Numbered from the stretch's first letter, positions 32,548 through 43,951 are shown. The stretch is 64,000 nt of DNA from an uncultured Acidobacteriota bacterium (GCA_963827655.1 CAWHCF010000038.1:32001-96000), one strand, 5' to 3'. The notes: generated from the letters alone by a model not told the origin. Translations and numbers: made by a program.

Positions 32548-33748
32548 ATGCTCAGACGGTTTGCTGTAAAAGGCGCCCTGTTGTTTGTCCTGCTCCTGAC
32601 TCTTTCACCCTCCCACGGATGGGCGCAAGGATCTGAGTATATTTTCCCCCACATGGTTGATGGCGAGTCCGGGACCATCTTCTACTCCACATCCTTTCTG
32701 CTGAACAACGCTTCCAACCTGGTCACCTCGGTGACGATTCGTTTCTTCCGCTCGGACGGAACTCCATGGATGGTGGATCTTCGGAGTTTCGACAGAAACG
32801 AATTGGCAGGAAGGGTGTCATCGCGGATGTTTAACCTGCAGCCGCGCGAAACAGTCGAGTTGTTTACGGGCGGGGCTGATCCTCTTGCCGCAGGATGGGC
32901 CAAGATCGATTCCGGCATGGCGATTGAGGCATCCGAGGTCTTTGGAGTATTCAACAAAAGCCCGGTATTTCTTCGTTCCGAAGCGGGCGTGCTCCCGGCG
33001 CCCGCCGCGACGCTGCACACCCTTTATACCAGCGTCTCGACCGACGAGCCGACCATGGGTACCAACGTCGACACGGGAGTCGCCATTGCCAACCTGAGTG
33101 GAGCCCAGGCGATGGTCACGGCAACACTGTTTGATCGCGCAGGCGTGCAGCTCACTCAAGGAACGCTGAGACTCGAACCCAACCGTCACACCGCCATGTT
33201 TGTCTCGCAGATCTTCAACAACTTCACTTTCTCCGGCCGGTTCCATGGGATGGTGCGATTTTCAAGCAACACCAATATCGCGGTCGTAGGCTTGCGTCAG
33301 GCCTTTGGGGCCAGTGACACCATCTCCACATTAGCCATCAACCCGGATTCGACCCTCGGACGTATTACGGTTTACGACCGGGAGCCCAACGATTCGCGCC
33401 CTCAAGCACAGTCGCTCGGTTCGTTGCCGGCCGAAATCATCGGCACGATGAACACTCCAGCCGACGGAGGCGATACAGATCTGTTTTCTGTGAACCTTCA
33501 GGTCGGCGACGTGCTCTATGTGTTTGCCGTGGCAGACCTGATCGGTTCGCCCCTCGACGATGCCATCACAATCAGGGATAGCCTCGGTGCCCAGGTCGCA
33601 ACAAACGATAGTTTCTCGAACGGCTTGAGAGATCCTTTCATTCGATACCCGGTATCGGTAAACGGCGTCTATTACATCGAGCACACCGGCGCCGCCGGCA
33701 CCAGCATCGCGCAACGCTCACTACCGCCTTCATGTCCTGGTGAGATAG
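32548..33748 (+). CDS. Secreted protein with C-terminal PPC-like domain, probable frameshift near 33710
   Basis: Signal peptide, DTGVAIAN, REPND...DTDLF...NDS; tail AHYRLHVLVR* in alternative frame. Confidence 0.65.
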
Positions 33749-33833
33749 GCTTTGCGTCCAAGGCGCAGGCGTTGGTAATTACGGTATCGTATTGGAGCAG
33801 CTGAGGCCTGGAGGGCCGATAGAGCCTGCGTGA

Positions 33834-34001
33834 GAAGCTGTGAAAATTGGCATTGGTCAGTAAGAACGGTTGCAAGCTCGTCGTGGCCCCGCAGAGGACT
33901 ACTGAACTTTCCGGGCACAGGCGACAGCGGCCACGCAGAGTCTACGACAGGTCAAAAGTCAGATGCCACCGTGGTCGCTGGAAGGTTTTATGCACACGTT
34001 C
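33834..34001. mobile_element. MITE family B, degenerate copy inside a REP-like element (~33805-34195)
   Basis: GAAGCTGTGAAAATTGG ... TTTTATGCACACGTTC; shares gttgcaa-ctcg and actactgaact with the 54164 copy. Confidence 0.55.
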
Positions 34002-34325
34002 TGCAGGGCCGGGCGAGACTTGCAAGACTCACCGACGCCCGAGGCTCACGGTCAATCGGACCGTGCGCTGAACTGTTCCGCACCTTCTGCGGCGGCTTGC
34101 AGATATCGGTCCGAAGCCGAGAACTCGTACTTCCACTGTGCCGCACCCGGCGCTCGGGTCTAAAGCGAACTCTGCCCGGCCTTACTTCGGGCCTTTATCA
34201 GCGGTTTCAGGTCAGCCGTGATCTATGAACCCAGGCGCCTGGACCGCAGGCAATGTGGCAGGATTGAGTTCACCCATTGGAGTAGACTATACTTGTCGGC
34301 CAACGGATCCGTCTCCCCTTTCGCC

Positions 34326-35111
34326 ATGCAAATGAAGGAAAGCCCCTGGAAGACCATTCGCATAGTCGCCGGCGGGCTTTCGCTCTGCGTCGCGCTGGTC
34401 TGGATCGCCCTTCTCTGGCCCGAGGTGTTTACGCTTCCTGGAGTTTCGGCCCATCTTCCGCCGCAGTTTGCCATGCCTCCCATGTACCCGCTCCTGGAAC
34501 TGCTCAAGCTCGCAGTTGCGGCTGTTCTGGGCCTGGTGGTCACAGCGGTGCACAAGCGCTATCACCGCGATAAGCCGCTCAGCCGCTCGCTGGAGCAGGC
34601 TCAGGTCTTGCTGGGTGTCGCGGGGGCGATGATCGTGATTATCATCGGCGATTCCCTCGCCCGCGCATTCGGAGTCCTGGGAGCGGCCAGCATCATCCGG
34701 TTTCGGACCCCCGTCGAAGATCCGAAAGACACCATTATCCTCTTCCTGCTGCTGGCTCTCGGCATGGCTTGCGGTCTTGGGGCTTTCGGCACAGCGGCGC
34801 TTGCAGCTCTCTTCATCTGTGTCGTCATGCTGGTGCTCGACCACATCGGCGAGCAGAAACCACGCCCCATGATGCTGGAACTGGTGGCCGCCGGCCGTGA
34901 GTTTCCCACGCAGCACGTGCAGAACGTTTTCGCCGCGTACGGCATGGCTTTCGAGCCGCGCGAAGTTTCGCAGGGTGATCAGGCAAGTATCAAATACCAC
35001 GTCATGTTAGCCCCCAACACCTCACTGGAATATCTCAGCGACCAATTGATAAGCGGCGGCTACTCAGGAATCAAGTCCGTGACCTGGGAATCCCCCAAGA
35101 AGAGCGGCTAG
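34326..35111 (+). CDS. DUF4956 / MgtC-like membrane protein
   Basis: IIGDSLARAFGVLGAASIIRFRTPVEDPKD motif. Confidence 0.85.
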   Translation: MQMKESPWKTIRIVAGGLSLCVALVWIALLWPEVFTLPGVSAHLPPQFAMPPMYPLLELLKLAVAAVLGLVVTAVHKRYHRDKPLSRSLEQAQVLLGVAGAMIVIIIGDSLARAFGVLGAASIIRFRTPVEDPKDTIILFLLLALGMACGLGAFGTAALAALFICVVMLVLDHIGEQKPRPMMLELVAAGREFPTQHVQNVFAAYGMAFEPREVSQGDQASIKYHVMLAPNTSLEYLSDQLISGGYSGIKSVTWESPKKSG

Positions 35112-35113
35112 CA

Positions 35114-36061
35114 ATGTCCTCCGGTATCGGCGCGGGCCGAGATGGATCCCACCATCTGCGGGGTGAACAGATCATTCTCTGGCCGGGCGAGCGGCGCGAG
35201 GCTGTGTTGCGCGTGATCCGGTCGGCGCAGAACAGGCTTATTCTTTCGCTCTTCCGGTGCGATGATTCCAAGGTTCTCCAAGAGCTCGCCGAAGCTCGCC
35301 GCCGCAAGGTGCGGGTTCAAGCGCTGCTCACCCGGCGCGCGAAGGGCGGCAAGAAACGCCTCCGGGAACTCTGGGCCTGCCTCGAGGGGATCGGCGCCGA
35401 GGTTACCTGCTACGCGGACTCCGTGGTCAAATACCATGCCAAGTACATAGTGGCCGACGATGGCCCGGCCCTGGTCGCATCCCTGAATCTGACTCGCAAG
35501 TGTTTGGAAGAAACCTGCGACTTCGTCCAGATCACTTATGATCCGGAGGTCGTGTCGGGGCTCCAAAGACTCTTCGAGGCGGACTCCCAAGCACCCACAG
35601 GGGCCTTTCCTGAAGATCTAACCGACCGGTTGATTGTGGGACCGGAGCAGGCTCGGACCCGGCTCGCCAAGCTGTTTCAGGAAGCCCGGGTCAGCATCCG
35701 GATCATTGATCCCAAGCTGCGCGATCCCGAGTTCCTGGCGCTGTTGAAGGCCCGAAACGAAGCCGGCGTCCGCGTGGACGTGCTGGACGCGCCCGTGCTC
35801 GCTGACCTGCGCTCGCATGGAAAGATGATTCTCGTCGATGAGACCACCGCGGTGATCGGCAGCATTTCGCTTTCAGCCCTCAGCCTTGGATTCCGACGCG
35901 AACTGGCGCTCAAGGTGTGCGAGCCGCACTGCGTGAGCCGGCTGAACCATTTTTTTCGAACCATGTCGGCCGCGCGCGCTGATGCGGCGGGGGTGCTCCC
36001 GCGTGAACTGACGGCAGATGACGAAGACGACGAGGATGTATTCCCTGAGAGGGCACTTTGA
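35114..36061 (+). CDS. Phospholipase D superfamily protein with two HKD motifs
   Basis: HAKYIVAD and HGKMILVD; acidic tail DDEDDED. Confidence 0.88.
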   Translation: MSSGIGAGRDGSHHLRGEQIILWPGERREAVLRVIRSAQNRLILSLFRCDDSKVLQELAEARRRKVRVQALLTRRAKGGKKRLRELWACLEGIGAEVTCYADSVVKYHAKYIVADDGPALVASLNLTRKCLEETCDFVQITYDPEVVSGLQRLFEADSQAPTGAFPEDLTDRLIVGPEQARTRLAKLFQEARVSIRIIDPKLRDPEFLALLKARNEAGVRVDVLDAPVLADLRSHGKMILVDETTAVIGSISLSALSLGFRRELALKVCEPHCVSRLNHFFRTMSAARADAAGVLPRELTADDEDDEDVFPERAL

Positions 36062-37398
36062 CCGACAACAGGCGCTCAGTCCTGGAGGCGCGCACCTATC
36101 GGAAACGGAGGGGGAACGGTTCTGGAGGTCTTGCAACACGCTCATGGCTGACAGTGGTCATGTTTTTCATCCCGGTTCTGTTGCCGGCAAGCGAACCATC
36201 ATCCGCTCAGAAGGATCCCGGCGAAACCAAAAAAAACGTGAGATTCGTGTGGAACAATCGTCCATCCTTGCGATTTGGAGACTGGCTTCGGGTAGATTTC
36301 CGAGTGAAACTCCAGGGAGATTTTCGAGGCTTCTCGCCCGAGTTGGAAACCGACGAAGGGACCTTTGAGCTTCAGCGGAAGCGCGTTGGGATCGAAGGAA
36401 CTTTTCTCAGACATTTTGAATATGAAGTTGAACGTGAGTTGCGTGAGTCCAATCCGTGGCGCGACGTATTCGTAAACGTTCGCTACTTTCGTAATTTTCA
36501 GGTCAGAGTCGGAAAGTTCAAGATTCCGTTCGGGCTGGACCAGTTGACCAGTCCCGTAAGGCTCGATTTTGTCTTCCGCTCGCGCATTGGCGACACCCTG
36601 GCGCCCGCGCGGGACATCGGCGTCGCCGCACACGGACGCTTTTTCAGAAGAGGCCTGAATTACGAAGCGGGATTCTTCCAGCACGACGGCGAAAATGCCC
36701 GCTCTGGCGAGAGTCTCGGCGCCGGGCGCACTTTCGCGGGTCGCGTGACCGGAACGCCTCTGCGCCTCCTGGAAATCCCCGACGCGATCGGAAACCTCGA
36801 GCTTGGAGTCGCGTTTACCACCGGCTCCGTGCCTGAAGGGCTCAACAGCGTACGAGGGCAAACGGATTCAGGGGAGACCTTTTTCCCTTCCATTTACGTC
36901 AACGGGAACCGATTGCGCCTGGGACTCGACATGAACTGGAGCCCCGGCCCCTTCTCGATCAAGGGCGAATTCATGCACCTCCAGGATGAACGGCGCAGCC
37001 AGGGATTGCTTGGCCAGGATCTGCCGGATCTCATTTCGCGCGGCTGGTATTTGAGCGGCACCTGGGCTGTAACCGGCGAGAGGAAGATCGAGGGTATTGA
37101 GCCGCGCAAAAACTTCCTGCGTGGTGGCATCGGCGCCGTCGAGCTGGCGGGGCGTTATGAGCAGCTTCGTTTCGGCAGCAGCGAGCACCCCGGGCCGCCA
37201 CTCCGAAACCCCAGGGCCCCGAACATTCTAGGCAACAGCGATCGGGTATGGACCGTTGGCGTCAACTGGTATCTGAATCGATGGGCGAAGATTCAAGCCA
37301 ATGCCATGCGTGAAAAGATTGAAGACACGCTGCGGAGCCCGATTCCCGGCCGCGAGAGCTTCTGGATGTGGATCCTCCGGTTACAATTTGTGCTCTGA
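36058..37398 (+). CDS. Phosphate-selective porin O/P family protein
   Basis: VGKFKIPFGLD, APARDIG, GWYLSGTWAVTGE, GVNWYLN. Confidence 0.85.
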   Translation: MTDNRRSVLEARTYRKRRGNGSGGLATRSWLTVVMFFIPVLLPASEPSSAQKDPGETKKNVRFVWNNRPSLRFGDWLRVDFRVKLQGDFRGFSPELETDEGTFELQRKRVGIEGTFLRHFEYEVERELRESNPWRDVFVNVRYFRNFQVRVGKFKIPFGLDQLTSPVRLDFVFRSRIGDTLAPARDIGVAAHGRFFRRGLNYEAGFFQHDGENARSGESLGAGRTFAGRVTGTPLRLLEIPDAIGNLELGVAFTTGSVPEGLNSVRGQTDSGETFFPSIYVNGNRLRLGLDMNWSPGPFSIKGEFMHLQDERRSQGLLGQDLPDLISRGWYLSGTWAVTGERKIEGIEPRKNFLRGGIGAVELAGRYEQLRFGSSEHPGPPLRNPRAPNILGNSDRVWTVGVNWYLNRWAKIQANAMREKIEDTLRSPIPGRESFWMWILRLQFVL

Positions 37399-37414
37399 CC
37401 GGGCAAAAGAGACG

Positions 37415-37440
37415 ACCGCCAAGACTCAAAGACGCCCGAA
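37415..37440 (+). repeat. Octamer-unit repeat, short copy
   Basis: accgccaagactcaaagacgc. Confidence 0.7.
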
Positions 37441-37585
37441 CTCTCACAAATTCTTGCATTTCTGTTGTTGTGATTCTTCCGCCGTTATGCGATGATACCG
37501 GGCGACGCTGGAGGGGGTTCGTCCAATCCATCGGGGATTCAGCGAATAAACTCATCACCAAGAGTTAGTTTCTGACTTTCTGATC

Positions 37586-39127
37586 GTGCCAACAAGACGC
37601 GACTTTTTCAGAAGTGCGTGCGGAGTACTGGGTGCATCCGGCGCCGGGACGCTTCAATCTGCGCGCCCGGTCAGCGCGGCTACAAAGCTTGGCGCTCAGT
37701 TAAAACTCGTTCGATATCCCTACATTCAGAATCTCGGCGGGGAGCGCGCCACGATTCTGTGGGCCACTCGCGGACCGGGCGTTTCCACAGTCGAATATTT
37801 CACCCGCCACGCATTTCCGGAAAGGGTTACTGCCAGCAGCCGCGAATTCTTGCCCTCTGAGACGGGACTCTCCACGCCTTTCTACCAGCACAAAGCTGAG
37901 TTGAGTGGTCTTCTCACCGGCACCGAGTATTTCTACCGCGTGGCGTTGAATGGACAGGATCTGGCGCCGCGAGACAGGCTGCGCTTCCGCACGGCCGGGC
38001 CGGGCCCTTTCAGTTTCCTGGTCTTCGGTGACAGTGGCATGGGGACGGCGGCGCAGTTGCGGTTAGCGCAGTTGAATGGCCAGGACCGCCCGGCGCTGGT
38101 GCTCCACACCGGTGACATCGGTTACTGGCACGGTACGTACGCGGATTACCAGGAGCGTTACTTTGAGTATTACCGCAACATGATGAAACGGGTCCCGTTC
38201 TTTCCAACTCCGGGGAACCACGACTATGGAACTGCAAATGCCGATCCTTATATCTCGGTGCACGCGGTTCCGGGCGACGATGTGCCGGAGGACGGGCGGG
38301 GCCGCTACTATTCCTTCGATTGGGGGAACGTCCACTTTGTCTCCCTGGACACTAATCTCTCTCTCACGCGCGCCGTAGAAGGAAACGGCGCAATGCTCGA
38401 TTGGCTCGAACGGGACCTGGAGCGAAGCCGGCAATACTGGCGGGTGGTGTTTTTCCACCATCCCCCTTTCGCGTGCGGGCCTAATGAGAATGATCCGGTG
38501 TCAACCATGGTGCGGGCAAGGATCGTGCCCATTCTCGAGCGCTACGGCGTTGAATTGGTTTTCAACGGTCACGAACACAGTTACCAGCGTAGCCAGTGCC
38601 TGCGCAACGGCGTGTTGGCCGAAGCCGGTACGGGAACCGTCTATGTTACTAGCGGGGGCGGTGGGGCCTATCTTTATCCGGTTGCCGGCGCAAGGCGCTC
38701 GAGCGTCGCGTACGGCGAATCCGCTCATCACTTTGTGCGCGTCGAGGTTGAGGGCAGCCGACTGACATCGCGCGCCATCCGCGACGACGCAGCAGAAATC
38801 GATAGTTTCAGCATCGAGCCGCCGCCGCGAATTTTCGGGACGGTTGCGTTCCAGGACGACTCGTTCACGCCTCGACTTTCGCCCCGAGCGCTTTTCAGCA
38901 TCTGGGGCAGAAACCTGGCCGAGCAGGCAATGGACGCCGCTTCGCTGCCGCTTCCCACCCTTCTCTCGGGCACCGCTGTCACCCTGAATGGCCGGCGGCT
39001 CCCGCTGCTTTACGTCTCACCCACGGAAATTGACGCGCAGGTTGTCACCGATACGCGGGGACCGGCTGTCCTCGGTGTAAGGACGGCAAACGGAACTGCC
39101 GAGATATCTGTAGAGATCTCCGACTGA
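37586..39127 (+). CDS. Tat-exported purple acid phosphatase-like protein with Solibacter-type C-terminal domain
   Basis: TRRDFF, GDSG, GDIGY, GNHD, GHEH; PLPTLLSG...PLLYVSPTEIDAQV. Confidence 0.88.
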   Translation: MPTRRDFFRSACGVLGASGAGTLQSARPVSAATKLGAQLKLVRYPYIQNLGGERATILWATRGPGVSTVEYFTRHAFPERVTASSREFLPSETGLSTPFYQHKAELSGLLTGTEYFYRVALNGQDLAPRDRLRFRTAGPGPFSFLVFGDSGMGTAAQLRLAQLNGQDRPALVLHTGDIGYWHGTYADYQERYFEYYRNMMKRVPFFPTPGNHDYGTANADPYISVHAVPGDDVPEDGRGRYYSFDWGNVHFVSLDTNLSLTRAVEGNGAMLDWLERDLERSRQYWRVVFFHHPPFACGPNENDPVSTMVRARIVPILERYGVELVFNGHEHSYQRSQCLRNGVLAEAGTGTVYVTSGGGGAYLYPVAGARRSSVAYGESAHHFVRVEVEGSRLTSRAIRDDAAEIDSFSIEPPPRIFGTVAFQDDSFTPRLSPRALFSIWGRNLAEQAMDAASLPLPTLLSGTAVTLNGRRLPLLYVSPTEIDAQVVTDTRGPAVLGVRTANGTAEISVEISD

Positions 39128-39169
39128 CTCCCGTCATTACCACTCTGAGATCATCATCCATTTTCTTCT

Positions 39170-39210
39170 TTTGGCGTTTCTTCGAGTCTTTGAGTCTTGG
39201 TGGTTGGTTT
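39170..39210 (-). repeat. Octamer-unit repeat
   Basis: ttggcgtttcttcgagtctttgagtcttggtggtt. Confidence 0.85.
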
Positions 39211-39439
39211 CTGCCGCCGCACTCGCGTGTTGACAGAAGCGGACTGGTCGCACTAAACTCGGAACATTCGAGTTGGCTCTGACAGGATTGCCGGGTTATG
39301 GTTCGAAGGTCCCTGCAATCCGAAACCTCAATCTGTGATTGATCGGTTGACTTCTCTCCGACCTTGACGTCAGCGACGGGGAGGACGTGATGAGGCACGC
39401 GCAACGCTGGGAAGCAGTGTTTAGCGCGGTGTTTTCCAA

Positions 39440-39743
39440 CTCAAGAGTTCTCATTGCTCAATAAACGAGTTCATCTTGCGCCAGGCCCGTTCCTTCGCGG
39501 GAAAAATTGCGGCGGAGGCGGGATCGGATCCGATGGCTCATGCCAAGCGCGACTATCAGGCGCGCTGGGCCAGCCTCTTTCGAAGGAGGGGAAGGATCTC
39601 GTCATTCGGTTTTAGAGCGTCAGCACAGCCTCGAGGAAGCAGTCCCAATTAAGCAGGACGGGAGTGAGGCCAAGCTGGCGGCTCTGACCGACCTGGCGCA
39701 TCTGCTCTTAAACCAGAATCAGTTCTATTGTGGAGCGCGGTAG
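39440..39743 (+). pseudogene. Remnant of a DUF1553 C-terminus
   Basis: LLN-EFILRQARSFAGKI...ALTDLAHLLLNQNQF, resembling the tail of 57554..60049. Confidence 0.55.
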
Positions 39744-39794
39744 CTTGCTGCGTTAGGCGGGTGAAGTTTGCTTCGCCAGTTCCAATTCAGCTGT

Positions 39795-40430
39795 TCACCT
39801 CTCTGTGACGGCGGGCGAGGTGGGAGCCGAAGCGGGGCGAGCGTGGCCGAGCGGAAGCCGGAGCGCGAGCGCGGCGACGGTTACGATCGCGAGTGGAGCG
39901 TATGCGATGGACACTATCGAGCGTGGAAGGTAGCTGATAAAGAAAATGAGCCAGATGTAGTAGACGCCGGTTGTGTGGAGAATACGCCAGGCGCGAGGTC
40001 CAATCCATGCCGCCGTTCGATCGAAGGACGTGAGCGTCATCGCGGTCAAGAGAACATAGGCAAGCCCGCCGAAGACGAGTGCGAACGCGTCCACGTCGCG
40101 TCGGAATCCCTCGGGTGCTAGCCGGGCCAGCGTTATGATTGCGGCCAGGTGAAAATAGTGCGATACGGCGAAGGAGACGCCGAGATAGCGCCGGTTCCTG
40201 ATAAGCCAAGAACTGAGGGAATTCGGCCACCTGCTATGGAGCGGCGAAGCAACAAAGGCGCTCATAAAGAGAACGAAGGAAGTTCGTGCCGTCGCGCGCA
40301 GGACTAGCCGGACGGCATATTCGTTCCAGCCCAAGAGCGCGATAATCGCGGTCACCATCGCGGCAATAATAACCGCCGACCAGCCTACGAGCGGCCACCC
40401 ACCAGCGCAGCAGCGTTTCTCCAGTGTCAT
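39795..40430 (-). CDS. Ferric-reductase-like (MsrQ-like) membrane protein
   Basis: NRRYLGVSFAVSHYFH, AMTLTS, WRILH heme-ligand-type histidines. Confidence 0.75.
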   Translation of the reverse strand: MTLEKRCCAGGWPLVGWSAVIIAAMVTAIIALLGWNEYAVRLVLRATARTSFVLFMSAFVASPLHSRWPNSLSSWLIRNRRYLGVSFAVSHYFHLAAIITLARLAPEGFRRDVDAFALVFGGLAYVLLTAMTLTSFDRTAAWIGPRAWRILHTTGVYYIWLIFFISYLPRSIVSIAYAPLAIVTVAALALRLPLGHARPASAPTSPAVTER

Positions 40431-40500
40431 TGCTTGACTCCGCCGGGATTTTCTCACGGATTATCGGATCGATACAATCGTGGCGCAGAGCTGTCTAACG

Positions 40501-40542
40501 AATACCACTAAGACTCAAAGACGCGAAGAAACACAAAGAATC
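40501..40542 (+). repeat. Octamer-unit repeat
   Basis: aataccactaagactcaaagacgcgaagaaacacaaagaatc. Confidence 0.85.
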
Positions 40543-40604
40543 TTCCCCAAAAACAAGAAATTACGACCTTGTAATACTCAGGCTCGCTGCCGCTCGACGA
40601 AGCT

Positions 40605-41573
40605 TTAGAGTGCGGGCGGGGGTTGCGGGGCCGTACCGCTCTGTGGTCCGGTGGGCCGCAGGTAACGGCGTTCCTTTCGGGTAAATCCCTTACCGTAGGT
40701 TCGAGCGTAGACCTTGGTGAACTCCGCTCCGAGGAGCACCACCTGCGCCGAATAGTAGACCCAGAATATCAGCAGCACGAAGGCGCCTGCGGCGCCGTAG
40801 GCGGAGGCGAAACTCTCGCGCCCCAGGTAGAGTCCAATCAGTAATCTTCCCACATTAAAGAGAATCGAGGTCACGACGGCTCCAACCCACACGTCTCTCC
40901 AGGCGATCCGCGCGTCAGGGAGAACCTTGTAGATCACGGCAAACAAAACCGAGCTGAGGAAAAAAGAGATCAGCATCTCGGAAGTGCGCAGCGCTACCAG
41001 CGTCCAATCCGCGGTCCAGCCGACCACGTAAGAATGCATTGCCGTCAAGACCGCGTTCGCGAGCAGCATGACCACGAACACGACTCCCGCGAGGAGGACC
41101 ATCATAAATGACAGGAGCCGCTTGATGAGGACCGACAATAAGATCCCCTGTATCTCGACGTCGACGTTCCACACCTTGTTGAGCGCATTCTGCAGTTCGC
41201 CGAAGAAGGCCGTCGCGCCTAGAAACATCATCACAAACCCCAGAACCGTGGCCGCAAATCCGGCATGGCTCTGGCGCGCGCTTTGTATCAAGGCGCCCAG
41301 GAATTCCGCGGTACCGGAGCCGGTTAGACGTTCAACCTCCGAAAGCAGCCCCCGCTCGACGAGCTCGGGACCGTAAATACTTCCGGCGATAGCGATGACA
41401 ATGATCGAAATCGGCGCCGCCGAAAAGATCGTGTAAAAGGCGAGGGCGGCGCCGTAGTGTGGAACATCGTCGGCGAACCAATCGACAAAGACGCGAGCGA
41501 TTACGGTCCGGGCGAGCCGCAGGCGCCCGGTGCCTTTCAGGCCTGCGCGCTTTTCTGCCTGTAGATCCTCCAT
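40605..41573 (-). CDS. YihY/BrkB family membrane protein
   Basis: GAALAFYTIFS, LQNALNKVW, YGAAG...WVYYSAQ...GAE. Confidence 0.92.
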   Translation of the reverse strand: MEDLQAEKRAGLKGTGRLRLARTVIARVFVDWFADDVPHYGAALAFYTIFSAAPISIIVIAIAGSIYGPELVERGLLSEVERLTGSGTAEFLGALIQSARQSHAGFAATVLGFVMMFLGATAFFGELQNALNKVWNVDVEIQGILLSVLIKRLLSFMMVLLAGVVFVVMLLANAVLTAMHSYVVGWTADWTLVALRTSEMLISFFLSSVLFAVIYKVLPDARIAWRDVWVGAVVTSILFNVGRLLIGLYLGRESFASAYGAAGAFVLLIFWVYYSAQVVLLGAEFTKVYARTYGKGFTRKERRYLRPTGPQSGTAPQPPPAL

Positions 41574-41902
41574 TGTCTTGCTCTCCAGAACCAGGCCAGA
41601 GGCGGCGTTCGGGAAAACGTGCTCGAAGAATTCAAGACTGCGCGGCGGAAATGCCGCGGCGCCGGACTTCTCCGCACCGGTCCTTCATGTGTTGATTCCG
41701 CGGGATGCCAATGCCGGGCCGAGAACCCGCGAGACTAGCCGAAAGCCTTCTCCTTCTTTCCCGGGGGGCCTGAGATTCGGGGGGCATGACCATCGGGTCA
41801 ACATGTGCAGTGTTGACTCTGTAGAATCATAGTTCAGGCGCTTCATCCGGACAAGTGTGGACCTGATGGAGTTGAAAACCGAAAGCCGCAGGCAGGTATG
41901 AT

Positions 41903-41931
41903 TTTCTTGGCGCCTTTGCGTCCTGGCGGTG
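41903..41931 (-). repeat. Octamer-unit repeat
   Basis: ttcttggcgcctttgcgtcctggcggt. Confidence 0.7.
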
Positions 41932-41950
41932 AGTTGCGGTTGATCCACTA

Positions 41951-43933
41951 TCAGTAGAATCGGACATTGTCGAGCTCGAGCCAGCCGAAGCCACCGCCGG
42001 GCCGGGCGATCTCGAAGCTGAGCATCAGCAGGTCCGAGCCGGTCCAGGCCGCAGGCGACTGTGTCTTATCCTGCTCGAGCATCGCGAAATCAATCCGGAT
42101 GGTTTCCCAGCGGCTGGCGGCCTTGAACGGCGCCTGAAAATAGGCGTAGTTGCGCACCGAGCGCGTCGGCACAATGAGGCGATAGGAGAGGCCGTCGCCG
42201 CGGGCATCGAAGCGAATACCCCGAAAGGCTCTCGCATCGCCGGGCTCAAGCGCGCCGGGCGTGAGAGGCACACTAACGCGAACGAACGGGCGCTGGGCCA
42301 GCGACATGCGCGCCAGAATGGAGAGCGCGTAGCCGCCCTCCGCCCGCAGGATACGACCCATCATCAGACGGGAGTGGTCGTGGCCAGGATCGGTGCTGGT
42401 GATCCAGCGGGTGCCGAGAGCGCTGCGCGGTGAGTCGGTCGTGGGAGAAGCAATGCTTGCGTCGCCGGCGGTTTCAAAGTCATCAATTTTTTCCGAGACT
42501 TTGATCGCTTCAATCGGCGTGGGTTCTTTCGACGCGATCCGGCGCGCCAGGGACTCGCGGTCGATCTCGCGCCCGCCAAGAAAGACGCGCGCAATGCGTT
42601 CGATGTCGCTGATATTCTGATGGGGCGCCCCCGAGACAAGCACGAGGTCGGCCACCTTGCCGGCGGCTACCGAGCCGCGTTCATTGTCCACCCTCAGGGC
42701 TCTGGCGCTATCAAAGGTAGCGGCTGTGATGGCCTGCGCAGGCGAAAGCCCCCCTGCCACCAGCAGCTGCAGCTCGTGCAACGTCGCCCAGCCGTGATGC
42801 GTCCCCGTGACGCCTGCATCTGTGCCGACGCCAAGCCGGATGCCCGCGGTCTTGAGCGCCGAGACGTTATAGAGAAGGTTCCGCCAGCGTTGGCTTCGCT
42901 GTGCGGCGCTCGCGTTTTCGGAAGCATCGGGGCGAATCGTTCGCGCCGTCCTGGCAGTTCGTTGTTGTAGAGGCGCCTTTCCTCCCTCGTCCCGTGCGCC
43001 AGCGGCCGGGAGCGCCGGAGCCGCGGTTTCACGAACGGCCGGTTCGAGGACAGCCGGGAGCAGCGGTGAAAGAAGGTTGCGCCCGCGCGGTTCGTAAACC
43101 GCGAGCGTGGAGACGTAAGCCGTCCCGTTTGCGCGCATGAGCTCGATGACTTCGTTGTCGACTTCCCGGTCGCCGATGCCGTGCACAATCACGTCAACAG
43201 CGGCTCGAGCAGCCACTTTCGCGCGCTCCAGTGTGACCGTGTGGGTCAGCACCGGGACCCCGTTCTTGTGCGCTTCTTCCACCAGCGCTGAGAGCGTCTC
43301 CTGGTTCATGCTGGTCATGTCGGGGGCCGTGTTATAGCGCCAGCCGTCGGTGAAGACTTTAATTGCATCGGGTCGATAGGGGACGACCCGCCGGACTGCA
43401 TCGCGCGCTTCGCGCGGCGTCTGCGCTTCGAGGGTAAAAAAGTCGCCCCGCCCGCCTTCGGCGCCGTGTCCGCCCGGCGTAGTCATGCGGGCGGCAAGAT
43501 GGAGGCGTGGGCCCTCGATGGCGCCGCTGCCGAGCAACCGGCGCATCGGTTCAAAGGTTTCAGGGTAAGTGCCAAAATCCACAACGGAGGTGACGCCGCA
43601 GTAAAGGTAAGCGGCCAGGTGCTTGGGCCAGTCGCCGGTGATGCCCGGGAGGGTTGCATTGGGAAGATGGGTATGAAGATCGAAAAGGCCAGGCAAGAGG
43701 GTCTGCCCTTCGGCGCGGATGACGCGCGCGTCTTGGGGTAGAGCCAGGTTTGGCTCGACGGCGGCGATGCGGCCGCCGCGGAGAAGAACATCAGCCTGAA
43801 ACGGCGCTCTGCCGGTGCCATCCACAATGGTTGCGCCCACGATGGCAATGGCCGCGCCGCCCGGTTGTTGCTGTTGTTTCGCGACCCCGGGGAATAAGGA
43901 AATGAGAGCGAGTGCGAAAACAAGCGACGGCAT
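41951..43933 (-). CDS. Amidohydrolase fused to a CIA30/CBM11-like domain
   Basis: [22 protein letters not shown]; C-terminal [10 protein letters not shown]...[10 protein letters not shown]. Confidence 0.85.
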   Translation of the reverse strand: MPSLVFALALISLFPGVAKQQQQPGGAAIAIVGATIVDGTGRAPFQADVLLRGGRIAAVEPNLALPQDARVIRAEGQTLLPGLFDLHTHLPNATLPGITGDWPKHLAAYLYCGVTSVVDFGTYPETFEPMRRLLGSGAIEGPRLHLAARMTTPGGHGAEGGRGDFFTLEAQTPREARDAVRRVVPYRPDAIKVFTDGWRYNTAPDMTSMNQETLSALVEEAHKNGVPVLTHTVTLERAKVAARAAVDVIVHGIGDREVDNEVIELMRANGTAYVSTLAVYEPRGRNLLSPLLPAVLEPAVRETAAPALPAAGARDEGGKAPLQQRTARTARTIRPDASENASAAQRSQRWRNLLYNVSALKTAGIRLGVGTDAGVTGTHHGWATLHELQLLVAGGLSPAQAITAATFDSARALRVDNERGSVAAGKVADLVLVSGAPHQNISDIERIARVFLGGREIDRESLARRIASKEPTPIEAIKVSEKIDDFETAGDASIASPTTDSPRSALGTRWITSTDPGHDHSRLMMGRILRAEGGYALSILARMSLAQRPFVRVSVPLTPGALEPGDARAFRGIRFDARGDGLSYRLIVPTRSVRNYAYFQAPFKAASRWETIRIDFAMLEQDKTQSPAAWTGSDLLMLSFEIARPGGGFGWLELDNVRFY

Positions 43934-43951
43934 GGTGCGCAGGAGAGTATC

